From Octopus sinensis (lineage: Eukaryota), in NCBI RefSeq assembly GCF_006345805.1, contig NW_021833075.1, positions 19,789 through 83,788 on the forward strand: a stretch of DNA of 64,000 bases, read 5' to 3'. The notes under the pieces were generated by a model, which was given only the letters and a program-made list of their open reading frames with translations, did no database searches and was not told where the DNA came from. A program made the position numbers and the translations under genes. The first letter of the stretch is position 1, and each line of letters opens with the position of its first letter. Positions 38,792 to 51,532 of this stretch are shown here, in pieces.

Positions 38792-39954
38792 GTAATGAAT
38801 GTAGACTGTTGCTTATACAAAAAAATCTATTTAAAGACACACCCTTCATCACACACGCACACGCATACATATAAAGGCACGCACTCATATACTCCCAGCA
38901 TGCACATAAACCAACACATACACACGCATAATTAGAAATGAAAGAGAACCACGGTCACAGCATGAACGCAAAACTGATCCCATTTGAAACTTCGGCCAAA
39001 GTTGACTTTAGGAGTTAAAGAAGAAATGTATTTTTTCGAAATGTTATCTTAAGTAGCTAAATACTTTCAGTAGCCCAAAGGGGCAACATATAAAGTTTAG
39101 ATTTAGACGCTCATAAACACTTCTAGTTGTTGGTGTTTTCCCTTAAGAAAACATTAATCAGTAAGTTTTGGTTTACCTGACACTGAATTCTTTGCTGGTT
39201 CTGTTCATTGCCACAGATGGCAACAGTAGGAATTTAATCCCCCTTTCCTTTGAAAGCACTTCCTGGTTCTCAGTTCTCTCTTTCTCTGTCCGACAACCAT
39301 TATTATATTATCTGTATAACCCAAGGAAGATAGAAAAAAAAACCCCAAAACAAAAAATTCAAAACGAAAAGAAAACAAAATAAAAAAGTATCGAAAAACA
39401 ATAAAAATAACTTAAACGTACACTGTTCCCTTCGTTTGAAAGAGAGACAAAATGAGAGTGAGGGGAAAAGCATAAAAGAGAGAGAGAGAGAGAAGGAGAG
39501 AATGAGAGAATGAGAGAGAGAATGAGAGAATGAGAGAGAGAGAGAGAAGAGAATGAGAGAGAGAGAAACAGAGACAGAGAGAGAGAAAGCAGAGGGTGAG
39601 GAAGAAAGAAAAGAGAGAGTGAAGATTAAATAAATAAATATTTGTATATTTTGATTATGAAAAAGTGTATTATGCTGCGATTCTCTTGATTTTCCTTTTG
39701 TTTTTTTTTCCTTACTGATACTTTGGCCCCTAATCCTCTATCACCACCTCTTACCCTTCCTGCACATTTCTTTCTCCACCACATGATGATGATGATGATG
39801 ATAATGATGATGATGGCTTCCTTTTTCTTTCTCCACTTCTCAATCCTCACCTGTTTCCTTCTGAATATTTTTCTTCCCCTTCATTACTGTTGTCCCCTCC
39901 TATAATTATTACTGTCAATTAATGAGATGTATTACTGGATATTGAGCTACAAGG

Positions 39955-39985
<31 letters not shown>

Positions 39986-40003
39986 ACACACACACATATA
40001 TAT

Positions 40004-40034
<31 letters not shown>

Positions 40035-40035
40035 G

Positions 40036-40230
40036 TATTTCTTACTACCCACAAGGGGCAAAACACAGAGGGGACAAACAAGGACAGACACAGGGATTAA
40101 GTCTATTATATCGACCCCAGTGCATAACTGGTACTTAATTTATCGACCCCCGAGAGGATCGATAAAGGCAAAGTCGACCGCGGCGGAATTTGAACTCGGA
40201 ACGTAATCAACAAACGAAATACGGCTACGC
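40036..40230 (-). mobile_element. SINE family B alpha unit
   Basis: CTTACTACCCACAAGGGG...GCGGAATTTGAACTC. Confidence 0.8.
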
Positions 40231-40590
40231 AGTCACAACATGCGATTTACCGAAATTTATTATTTGTCTGCAAAATCTAAAATAATCAGAAGTACATACT
40301 GATATCCTTAATTACACTCATTAGATCTACATTAAAAGAGCAAGCTGGGATAGTGCCGCCCTCCTACAATTTTTTATTCATACGACCGGTATACCTAGGT
40401 ATTTTTTATCTTACTCATTACTTTTAAATACCACGGTATTCAGTTTTCGATTATCATAATCCCATTTTTTCCTCTATCAAAGATCTGGCAGTAATGGTTA
40501 GATTATGCTTCGCTGATGAGTTCTAATAAGGCCTTCTTAACATGATCGAAGTTATCACTCCCCACGAGCTTCTATTTTTAATAAATTTTT

Positions 40591-40925
40591 GCGTGGCACC
40601 TTGGGTAAGTGTCTTCTCGGGCCGACCAAAGCCTTGTGAGTGGATTTGGTAGACGGAAACTGAAAGAAGCCCGTCGTATATATGTACATATATGTATGTG
40701 CGTGTATGTTTGTTTGTCTGTGTTTGTCCCCCTAGCATTACTTGACAACCGATGCTGGTGTGTTTACGTCCCCGTCACTTAGCGGTTCGGCAAAAGAGAC
40801 CGATAGAATAAGTGCTGGGCTTACAAAAGAATAAATCCTGGGGTCGAGTTACTCGACTAAAGGTGATGCACCAGCATGGCCGCAGTCAAATGACTGAAAC
40901 AAGTAAAAGAGTAAAGAGTAAGAGT
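40591..40925 (+). mobile_element. SINE family A, 5'-truncated
   Basis: Starts at GCGTGGCACCTTGGG; normal body and tail. Confidence 0.85.
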
Positions 40926-41253
40926 ATTAATGGTTATCTCTCTTGTCTGTCTTGCCTCAAATTACTCCTTAACATAAAGATATTTTGTTTTCTCATTCAC
41001 GCTTAATTTACTCGAATATAAATTTCTAGATATTTTTGTATTGATATGGGAAAAGATAAGAGACGAGGTTGACTTTGGCAACATTAAAACTTCCTGACTC
41101 AGGAATAAATCAAAATGATATATTCGAGGCAATTTCGACTCACTGCATCTCTGCACTCTATTTTTTCAGTGTCAATGCTGTTACGCATTTAGTTCATGAC
41201 TTGAAATTTCAGTTCTTGCATTAGTGGCCCAAAACATGCTTTCGCAGAAATAT

Positions 41254-41626
41254 GATTCAATATCGCTGAATTACTAAAGACTTATTGCATAACATTAAGT
41301 CAAAACAATGACGTCTTATATTCATTTCTGCTCTAGGCACAAGGCCCGAAATTTTGGAGGAGAGGGCTAATCGATTAGATCGATCCAGTACGCAACTTGT
41401 ACTTAATTTACAGACCCCCGAAAGAATGAAAGGCAAGTCGACCTCGGCGGAATTTGACCTCAGAACGCAAAAACAGAACAAATACCTATTTCTTACTACC
41501 CACAAGGGGCTAAACACAGAGGGGATGAACAAGGACAGACAAACGGATTAAGTCGATTACATCGACCCCAGTGCGTAACTGGTACTAAATCAATCGACCA
41601 CGAAAGGATGACAAGAAAAGTCGACC
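41254..41626 (-). repeat. Inverted duplicate of 42972-43323 (SINE B units plus unique flank)
   Basis: Shares private variants and the non-SINE flank AATATCGCTGAATTACTAAAGACTTA with the reverse complement of 42972-43323. Confidence 0.85.
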
Positions 41627-42328
41627 TTTTCTTTTACTCTACGAGGACTGAGCAATAGCAGAAGTAGTAAGTGCCGGGCTAAATAGATTTCAGTAATTAA
41701 TTTCAATTGGTTGAGCATCTTGCCAGTATCTGCGGGATGAGACGGTGGCAGACTTTTTTGACCAATGAACGGTCCGTCATTTTGCTTGCTTGCTTTCTGC
41801 CGGTGCATGCATGCATACATACACACATACACACACACATACATACACACATACATACATACATACATACATACATACATACATACATACATACATGTAC
41901 TGAAAACATACATATACACATATGTGTGTGTGTGTTGTGTTTGTGTGTCTATATATATGTAAATTTCTACGAGTGCATTGTGCAAGGAACTTGCAACAGT
42001 TAAGGAACCCCGTACGATTACTGGGCCAACAAGAAATAATATCCAAATCTCCCGCAAAAAGCAAAGACAATAGTTAATGTTGGCCCAGACAGTTATACTA
42101 AATAAGACAACAATAGAACAGCGGGATCACATCTGGAACATGTTTGACGATAAGTGCACTCGATCAGAGCGCACCTAAGTTTAAACAAGAATTGTCAAAC
42201 TTAGAGTACATTCTTCTATATTTTGTATTTCAAAGCCACAGATACTCATTTTAACTTTTATTGTCCCCCTCGAGAGGTTTTAATTGAATACACTCACATA
42301 TATATTGTCCCTCTCATATAAGACGTCA

Positions 42329-43272
42329 CTAAGGCGGTGAGCTGGCAGAAACGTTAGCACGCCGGGCGAAACGTTTAGCGGTATTGCGTCTGCCGCTACG
42401 TTCTGAGTTCAAATTCCGCTGAGGTCGACTTTGCTTTTCATCCTTTCGGGGTCGATAAATTAAGTACCAGTTACGCATTGGGGTCGATGTAATCGACTTA
42501 ATCCGTTTGTCTGTCCTTGTTTGTCCCCTCTATGTTTATCCCCCTTGGTAATAAAGAAATAGGTATTTCGCATGCCACTACGTTCTGAGATCAAATTCCG
42601 CCGAGGTCGACTTTGCCTTTCATCCTTTCGGGGTCGATAAATTAAGTACCAGTAACGCATTGGGTCGATGTAATCGACTTAATCCGTTTGTCTGCCCTTG
42701 TTCATCCCCTCTATGTTTATCCCCTTGTGGGTAATAAAGAAATAAGTATTTCGTCTGCCGCTATGTTCTGAGTTCAAATTCTGCCGAGGTCGATTTTGCC
42801 TTTCATCCTTTTGGGGTCGATTAAATAAGTACCAGTTACGCTCTGGGGTCGATGTAATCGACTTAATCCGTTTATCTGTCCTTGCTTGTCCCCTCTGTGT
42901 TTAGCCCCTTGTGGGTAGTAAAGAAATAGGTATTTCGTCTGCCGCTATGTTCTGAGTTCAAATTCCGCCGAGGTCGACTTTTCTTTTCATTCTTTCGTGG
43001 TCGATTGATTTAGTACCAGTTACGCACTGGAGTCGATGTAATCGACTTAATCCGTTTGTCTGTCCTTGTTCATCCCCTCTGTGTTTAGCCCCTTGTGGGT
43101 AGTAAAAAATAGGTATTTGTTCTGTTTTTGCGTTCTGAGGTCAAATTCCGCCGAGGTCGACTTGCCTTTCATTCTTTCGGGGTCGATAAATTAAGTACAA
43201 GTTGCGTACTGGATCGATCTAATCGACTAGCCCTCTCCTCCAAAATTTCGGGCCTTGTGCTTAGAGCAGAAA
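42329..43272 (+). mobile_element. SINE family B 5-unit concatemer (head + 4 alpha + 1 beta)
   Basis: ~183-bp period; junction AAAGAAATAG|GTATTTCG; terminal unit with a GGCCTTGTGCTTAGAGCAG tail. Confidence 0.9.
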
Positions 43273-44114
43273 TAAATATACGACGTATTTGTTAAGTCTT
43301 TAGTAATTCAGCGATATTCAATCTTTCTTAAGTCTGACAAACTTTAATCGACGTTGTCCCCTAAACTTAAAGTAGAGTAAATATGTGAATGCCACTAACA
43401 GACCTATAATGCTTTTAACTGGCCGAAATATCAATTCGGCAGGGGAAAGTTTTTTTTGTTGCTATTTCTTTCTGTTCTTTGAGCTTTTATGATCATAGAA
43501 ATAGTTCTTATTCGCATATTTCATATTTTATTTTTTTCAGTTTCCTTTTTGGGTTGGTTTTGGACAAAACAATGATAACGCGTTTAATTTCCACAATAGA
43601 AGGAATTGATTTCATGACGACTTATTACTTTATGGACATAGAAATATATATTTTGCTTGTGTGAATTTTCCATATATTTTGATTTAACTGTTAATGGTTT
43701 CAGTTTGTCTTGTATATTCAAGGATAGAAAACATGCCATCGTACTTTATTTTTAAGTGAATGTTTGGCAGTTAAAGGTTATATGAAACCTAGTTTAACTC
43801 TTGAAAATTCAGTCAAGCGTTATGTGATTTAAAGATTTATTTGGAAAGCACTTCCCATAAGTTTTTGACACGAAAGCAATCGATAAGATTGTAGCTAAGT
43901 AGTATATCAAGAAAAAACATTAAGTGGATGTCTCCCGAAGTAAAGGAATAGATTGCTTGTTCTCTCGGAGTATGAACACGACTGATTTCCATTGCGAGTT
44001 AAATTAAATATACATCGAAAAACATCTTACAGCGTTACTTAGTTGAATACGGACAATTGATTGATCAGACGTGATAAAAAATAACGACTCATGGACTTTG
44101 TGAGTGTGACTCAT

Positions 44115-44500
44115 GGTGGAAGCACTCTGTCGGTTACGACGACGAGGGTTCCGGTTGATCCGATCAACGGAACAGCTTGCTCGTGAAATTAACGTGTAAG
44201 TGGCTGAGCACTCCACAAACACGTGTACCCTTAACGTAGTTCTCGGGGATATTCAGCGTGACACAGAGAGTGACAAGGCCGGCCCTTTGAAATACAGGTA
44301 CAACAGAAACAGGAAGTAAGAGTGAGAGAAAGTTGTGGTGAAAGAGTACAGCGGGGATCACCACCATCCCCTGCCGGAGCCTCGTGGAGCTTTAGGTGTT
44401 TTCGCTCAATAAACGCTCACAACGCCCGGTCTGGGAATCGAAACTGAGATCCTACGACCGCGAGTCCGCTGCCCTAACCACTGGGCCATTGCGCCTCCAC
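44115..44500 (-). mobile_element. SINE family C with 13-bp TSD
   Basis: GAGTGTGACTCAT at 44102-44114 and 44501-44513. Confidence 0.92.
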
Positions 44501-44807
44501 GAGTGTGACTCATAACAGGAGCTGCGTTGACTCTTAAAGTAGATACTGAAATCAACTTGTTTTGTAATTACAAGTTCGATTCTAAGTTAGATCCCAAAAT
44601 ATTGACGGAGCGCTAACATGTGTGTAGTTGAAATGAAGATTAAATTAACTTGTTTAGAACTGATCACTGCACAATAAAAATAGAAAGTCAACTACATGGT
44701 TTTTCATCCTCTGACAGGGATTTTATCGCCAACAATGTCAAAACTTTATATATTCCTTAGTGTACCGTCGACCAATGATCAAGTACGCATAAGATAAGTA
44801 TTCTTTA

Positions 44808-45387
44808 CTACTCTAGGCACAAGGCCCGAAATATTTTGGGGAAGGTGCCAGTCGTTTAGATCGATTCCCAGTACGCAACTGGTACTTAATTTATAGATCC
44901 TGAACGGATGAAAGGCAAAGTCGAGCTCGGTGGAATTTGAACTTAGAACGTAAAGACAGAACGTAAATACCTATTTCTTTACTAACCACAAGGGGCTAAA
45001 CACAGAGAGGACAAACAAGGACAGACAAACGAATTAAGTCGATTATATCGACCCCAGTGTGTAACTGGTACTTATTTAATCGACCCCGAAAGGATGAAAG
45101 GCACAGTCGACCTCGGTGAAATTTGAACTCAGAACGTAGCGGCAGACGAAATACCTATTTCTTTACTACCCACAAGGGGCTAAACACAGAAGGGACAAAC
45201 AAGGACAGACAAATGGATCAAGTTGATTATATCGACCCCAGTGCATAACTGGTACTTATTTAATCGACCCCGAAAGGATGAAAAGCAAAGTCGACCTCGG
45301 TGGAATTTGAACTGAGAACGTAACGGCAGACGAAATACTGGTAAGCATTTCGCCCGGCGTGCTAACGTTTCTGCCAGCTCGCCGCCT
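44808..45387 (-). mobile_element. SINE family B 3-unit concatemer (head + 2 alpha + 1 beta)
   Basis: Same modular order as 42329-43272, on the opposite strand. Confidence 0.9.
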
Positions 45388-46355
45388 AGCATAAGATAAA
45401 TATTGCGAAACCGTGACATCGCAGTGTTATTGCATATCAAGCTGTATACTGTCTACAGTATCCTTTAGTTATGACTGTAAGGCACGATTCGATGTAGATG
45501 TCGGTAGCTGTTGAACGTATACATACATGCATAAATATACACCACAAACATACGCACCTGCTATGGATTAACTGTTACTCCAGTTAATTTACATAAGTTT
45601 TTATAAAGCAAATATGTCATTGACATATTTGTTGCTATTGAGAATATCGATTCAATGCAGTTTTAATACGATAGAGCTTCACAAACGGTCCACAACGGTG
45701 GACTGAGGCAGGCTAGTTTGATTTTAGATGTAGCTAGGTTCATCGCACAGACGATAAAATCTTATTTTAAAACAGAGTCAAATGTACAAATTGAAATTAT
45801 AAAAATAAAGCATTAAGAACTAGGTTTTATTTATTGAATAAGTATTAGAACTTAATCTGTTATAGTTTAAATTATTAATGTTTATAGGCTTGATATACGC
45901 AAACGCCTTTTTACACATATATTTGCCTTATACACATTGTGTCTCAAAGTATTTATATTTTTTCTAATGTCTTTGGTGAATAAAACGGTTTGAGAACCGC
46001 TTAGATGTATTGCTATGATCTGCCCTTTTTGCGACAATATATTAGTCGTCAAATAACGTAGAGTGTATTTTTATCGTTAAAGTAACTATTTCTTGTTGCT
46101 TACTTGTTTTAAATGCTGTGCCAGTTTATAGTAATTAAAAGATGTCACTATTGTGTGTGAGTCTGTTTGTTAGCTTGCTTGTATTCACTTACTGTTGAGC
46201 TGCTCGGTGTTGGGCGAAATTATATGTGGCTATCTATTATCTATGCTATATCGGTTCCGTAAAATAATCAATCGACTTAATATTGTTCACAACCAAAGAC
46301 AGTCTTTATTCAACGTTTTTGACTCTTTTTAGCAATTTGTTATTATTGACCAAGT

Positions 46356-46515
46356 CGCAGGAGTGGCTGTGTGGTAAGTAGCTTGCTTACGAACCACATG
46401 GTTCGGGTCCAGTCTCACTGTGTGGCACCTTGGGCAAGTGTCTTCTACTATAGCCTCGGGCCGACCAGAGCCTTGTGAGTAGAGTTGGTAGACGGAAACT
46501 GAAAAAAGCCCGTCG

Positions 46516-46609
<94 letters not shown>

Positions 46610-46730
46610 GTACTAGGCTTACAAAGAATAAGTCCTGGGGTCGATTTCTCGACTAAAGGCGATGCTCCAGCATGGCCGCAGTCAAATGACTGAAACAAGT
46701 AAAAGAGCAAAAGAGTAAAAGAGATAAATA
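46356..46730 (+). mobile_element. SINE family A with a deletion just 3' of the internal microsatellite
   Basis: (TG)n joins directly to AAGTACTAGGCTTAC; the GCTTGACAACCG...GATAG segment is missing. Confidence 0.85.
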
Positions 46731-46852
46731 AATAAAGAAACACTGCATGATGATGCTATTGCAATCTGAGTATAAGGTTTGCCAATTTACCACAAATTCG
46801 TCTGAAAAGTTGACTAATCTTTCTATCGTTTACACATACTTCTTTATGGTTT

Positions 46853-47246
46853 GGATGAAAGCACTCCGTCGGTGACGACGACGAGGGTTCCGGTTGATCA
46901 GAATCAACGGAACAGACTGCTCGTGAAATTAACGTGTAAGTGGCTGAGAACTCCACAGACACGTGCACCCTTAACGTAGTTCTCGGGGATATTCAGCGTG
47001 ACACAGAGAGTGACAAGGCCGGCCCCTTGAAATACAGGTACAACAGAAACAGGAAGTAAGAGTGAGAGAAAGTTGTGGTGAAAGAGTACAGCAGGGATCA
47101 CCACCATCCCCTGCCGGAGCCTCGTGGAGCTTTTAGGTGTTTTCGCTCAATAAACACTCACAAAGCCCGGTCTGGGAATCGAAACAGCGATCCTATGACG
47201 AAACAGCGAGTCCGCTGCCCTAACCACTGGGCCATTGCGCCTCCAC
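46853..47246 (-). mobile_element. SINE family C with 12-bp TSD
   Basis: TCTTTATGGTTT at 46841-46852 and 47247-47258. Confidence 0.92.
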
Positions 47247-48126
47247 TCTTTATGGTTTACACGCGTTACGAATAACTTAAAGTGCGAAACTTCCTAACTA
47301 CGAAATTGTGAATTATTCAATGAAAATTATAGTTCTATAAAAAAATTCAAGATAATAGACAAAATATATAAAATGCTTCTAAGCACGAAACCATTTTGCT
47401 TCATAAAAATTATTTCCGTGAAGAGAAACATCATAATTTATTTTTAAAATATCAGCAACACATCATCATTGTCATTGAGGCCTGTCATCATCAACATAAT
47501 TTATTTATCAGTTTATAGTATAACTTATTTCTGGAACCAGCTGTCTACTTTGCTTCTCTTATTTCGGTGAATGTATTCCTTTGTTCCGATTGTCTATTGT
47601 GAAATTTTTACAAAATGTTAACAAAACTCAGCAGGGAAACTTGTGTTTATACGTGTGGCTATTTAGTTTATGTGACAAGTTTTCAACGAAGAGGTGTAAA
47701 TAATACAGGAGATGAAAACCTCATTTCAGATTACGAAATATTAAATAACACACGCTTACAACTAAGCACAATCATATGCTCATATGTATAGATGTAGACA
47801 TGCATACATGCATACATATACACATACATCCATACATACATGCAGAGATACATTCATACATCCATACAGACAAACATACAAAGATATACGCGAATGTCTG
47901 TTTATATATTAATACATACACACATACGTACACACACTTATACATACAAACACACACATATGTATATGTATATGCATATGTAGACGCTTACATATACATA
48001 TATAAGTATAAACGTACATTCATACATATAAAAACACATACATAAACAACACACATTTATGTAAGCATACACACACATATGTTATATGTATGTGTGTGTG
48101 TGCATGCATGTATGTATATATGTTGT

Positions 48127-48158
<32 letters not shown>

Positions 48159-48724
48159 GTGTGTCAGGACATAGACGCTTACACGTGCACGCATACATAC
48201 GCGCTTATGTTTATATACAAGGAAAAAACCTTTTTTTCTTCCCCTCCAAATGCTTAATTTGATGATACGACTGTATTCAACATAAATCACATTTACTAAA
48301 GATTTTTTTCAAATTTCGTTATTATTTTGTCAATTCACTTTGCAACAATAAAGTCCTTGTGAATTTTCTGGTACCAATCCAGGTTTCATCTAAAATTCGC
48401 GTTACAATCACGACACAACCCCAAGATTGAGAATGAAGTTTTTAAACGTGAACCCACTTAGGAACTTTATTGTTCTCAAGTAAAGAGAGAGAGAGAGCAG
48501 AAGTTTAATGTATATTGTTCCAGTTATCATAAGAGAACTTCATAAAGGATGATTTCTTCGTGTGATGGTAAAATTCGAAAAATATTGGAGTTGCATTTTT
48601 AGATATTCTGTAAAGTGAAACAACACAAATCGAGCATATAAATTCCACCAATGTACAATCAAGATGATTGTGCGATACTGCATAGAATATATAGGTCCGA
48701 CGATGTATGATCAAGAACCTTTCT

Positions 48725-48860
48725 CACGCCGAGGTTGACTTTGCCTTTCATCCTTCAGGGGTCGATAAATTAAGTATCAGTTGCATACTAGGGTCGATCT
48801 AATCGACTGGCCCCGTTCCCCTAAAATGTTGGGCCTTATGCCCAGAGTAGAAAAGAATAG
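48725..48860 (+). mobile_element. SINE family B 3' fragment (beta tail)
   Basis: CCGAGGTTGACTTTGCC...GAGTAGAAAAGAAT. Confidence 0.75.
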
Positions 48861-49151
48861 TGTGACACTACATAAAATCTATAGGTACGCTGTGCATAAC
48901 AGGCGGAGTGTTTGGAATCAGTGTATTTATGTTTTTCCGTGAATGGATCTAATTTCTGAGCCGTCAAAATTCTGATGACGTCTTATTCTTTTTTGTGGTC
49001 AAGTTTGGCGTTCAGCCTAGTTGTCTTGCCTGTAGGGAATGGTCACTTACCGTTCCAGTTGATTGGTTCTCTTACAGAGTCAGTTTGTTTTATTTGCCGA
49101 GGGTCCTGTTCTGATCTGAGATAAAATTTAATTGGTCTAGAGATAGGTTGA

Positions 49152-49330
49152 CCATTGCTTGACAACCGACGTTGGTGTGTTTATGTTTCTGTAACTTAAC
49201 GGTTCGGCAAAAGACACCGATAGAATAAGTATCAGTGTTACAAAGAGTAAGTCCTGGGGTCCATTTTTTCGAGTAAAGGCGGCGCTCCAGCATGGCTGCA
49301 GTCAACTGACTGAAACAAGTAAGAGAATAA
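49152..49330 (+). mobile_element. SINE family A 3' half
   Basis: TTGCTTGACAACCG...GACTGAAACAAGTAAGAG. Confidence 0.8.
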
Positions 49331-49399
49331 GAATATATACTTTACTAAAATGTATTCAGTAATCGCCAGTTTAATGAAATATTGAAGAGTTACTCAGTA

Positions 49400-50800
49400 A
49401 GTAGGATTAACCTTGCAGGACTCACTTTTGCGCGTCATAGAAGGTCAGCGGTGTTGGGGACTGAATACTTGTCTGACCCAGAAAGGAAGTATCCTTCTTT
49501 AGGATGTTGACTATACTAAGAATGTTCTTTTACCAGGAGAAATTCTTGTTGATGGTGAGGCCCAGCATTTAGAAGGACTTTGAAGGTTCTGGCTAAGTGC
49601 CACTCATATCTAGTGGAAGTATTGTGTATATGCGGGTATTTTGAAAATAGCTTGTGAGTGACTACTGTACCCAGTATAGTTACAGGCTGCTTTTTGGCAG
49701 GGCGTAACACCTGTTTAGCCAAGAATACGACGAAGTCATGGATCTGTAGCATAGCGGATTGGGAAGAGGCAGCAGATGAGCTCAACTACGCCAATGGTGT
49801 TTATTACATTGATGTTATGTGGAAGAATCCTAGAGGACCAATACTCAGGATCATCAAGCTCTGTCAAGTGAGTAGCTGCATAGAAGCAACGTCCTCGGTT
49901 GCATAATCAGCTAATGAAAGATTCATTATGACTCAAGCTTCTATTTCAAATATGAATGATAGAATTGGGTGGTTACAGAGAGTCACGGGAATCCGTGCAA
50001 GTAGCGCAATCGGATGATGGATAATTCAGCGATTGAGTTATTTTTAAAAGAGTAGCACTTGAGTGCTTTTGCTGTTAAAAGAAAACATGAATTTACAGAA
50101 CGATACTCTTAAGGTCCCGTTTATAGAATCAATGTAGATTTGGTGATTGCTGTCTACGCTACGTGTCGATGACGTATGACTGGGGAACGTTAGGGAGTGA
50201 TGAAGGGTGGTCATATCGTCTGAATAAGAATGAGCGATATTGGTTGTGGCGGCAAATTGGTCGTTGATATAGAGAAAGAACAGATTGGAGTAACGTGATC
50301 AAACCTTGGGGAACACTAGAGTTGACTGAGAATAGGTTAGAGATCCGTCAACATGTACCCGATGGTACAATCAGACTGGAAGCTGTCGACCCAAAAGATG
50401 AGAGATGGATGGAGCTCGTAAGCGCGAAGTTTTGATAGGAGATTTGCATACCAGTCACAGTTAAATTTGCATAACAGACACAGTTAGATGCCTGGGGTAG
50501 CAACATTATTTTTTACCGAGCTTATTTAAAGCAAGCACCCAGTGTCATTGACAGAAGATCGCCAATGGTTCTGTGTCTGAGAAAACCGTGCTGGTACTCA
50601 CTGAGAAAAGAGGAAGAGATAAAGGGGGGGGAGAGATTCCTCGTTTTGGAGAATGGATGGATTGTACCTGTACAAGGTACAGCCTTGTCACATTCTGCGC
50701 AGGAATACCAGTCAATTACATTAAGATCACGTGTTACTGGAATACTCGGCCGCTTACAACCTAATAAGCAGGTAATATTAGGTGATTCAGTTACCTAATA
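49400..50800 (-). mobile_element. Decayed CR1-group LINE reverse-transcriptase region
   Basis: Minus translation WVDSFQSD..VPQG (50303-50314)..LFFLYIND..SYSDDMTTLHHS (YSDD at 50215-50226)..FNSKSTQ; frameshifted. Confidence 0.75.
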
Positions 50801-50866
50801 GGCAATTATGTTGACCAAACATTTGGATCCTCTCATCCAGACCTACTGAGCGCTATTCATCCATGT

Positions 50867-51013
<147 letters not shown>

Positions 51014-51147
51014 GTCTATCTATCTATCTTTATATTGTGCACACACGCACACACACATACACACATATGTTTATATATATATATATATGTGTGTGTGTGT
51101 GCACGAGTTAAAACACGTTTGGGCCCGAGAATATTTTTAATATCTAT

Positions 51148-51532
51148 AGTAGCTTGCTAACCAACCACATGGTTCCGGGTTCAGTCCCACTGCGTGGCAT
51201 CTTGGGCAAGTGTCTTCTGCTATAGCCCCGGGCCGATTAATGCCTTGTGAGTGGATTTGGTTGACGGAAACTGAAAGAAGCCTGTCGTATATATGTATAT
51301 ATGTATATATGTGTATGTGTTTGTGTGTCTGTGTTTGTCCCCCTAGCATTGCTTGACAACCGATGCTGGTGTGCTTACGTCCCCGTCACTTAGCGGTTCG
51401 GCCAAAAAAGAGACCGATAGAATAAGTACTGGGCTTACAAAGAATAAGTCGCGGGGTCGATTTGCTCGACTAGAGGCGGTGCTCCAGCATGGCCGCAGTT
51501 AAATGACTGAAACAAGTAAAAGAGTAAAAGAG
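51148..51532 (+). mobile_element. SINE family A, slightly 5'-truncated
   Basis: AGTAGCTTGCTAACCAACCAC to the AAGAGTAAAAGAG tail. Confidence 0.88.

Noticed and set aside
42329-43272. Regularly spaced repeats resembling a CRISPR array
   Set aside because: Whole ~183-bp units repeat with no unique spacers, no cas genes are present, and the context is eukaryotic SINE.
48365-48405. ILDETWIG motif suggesting a DDE transposase
   Set aside because: Isolated motif with stops close by and no TIRs or further motifs.
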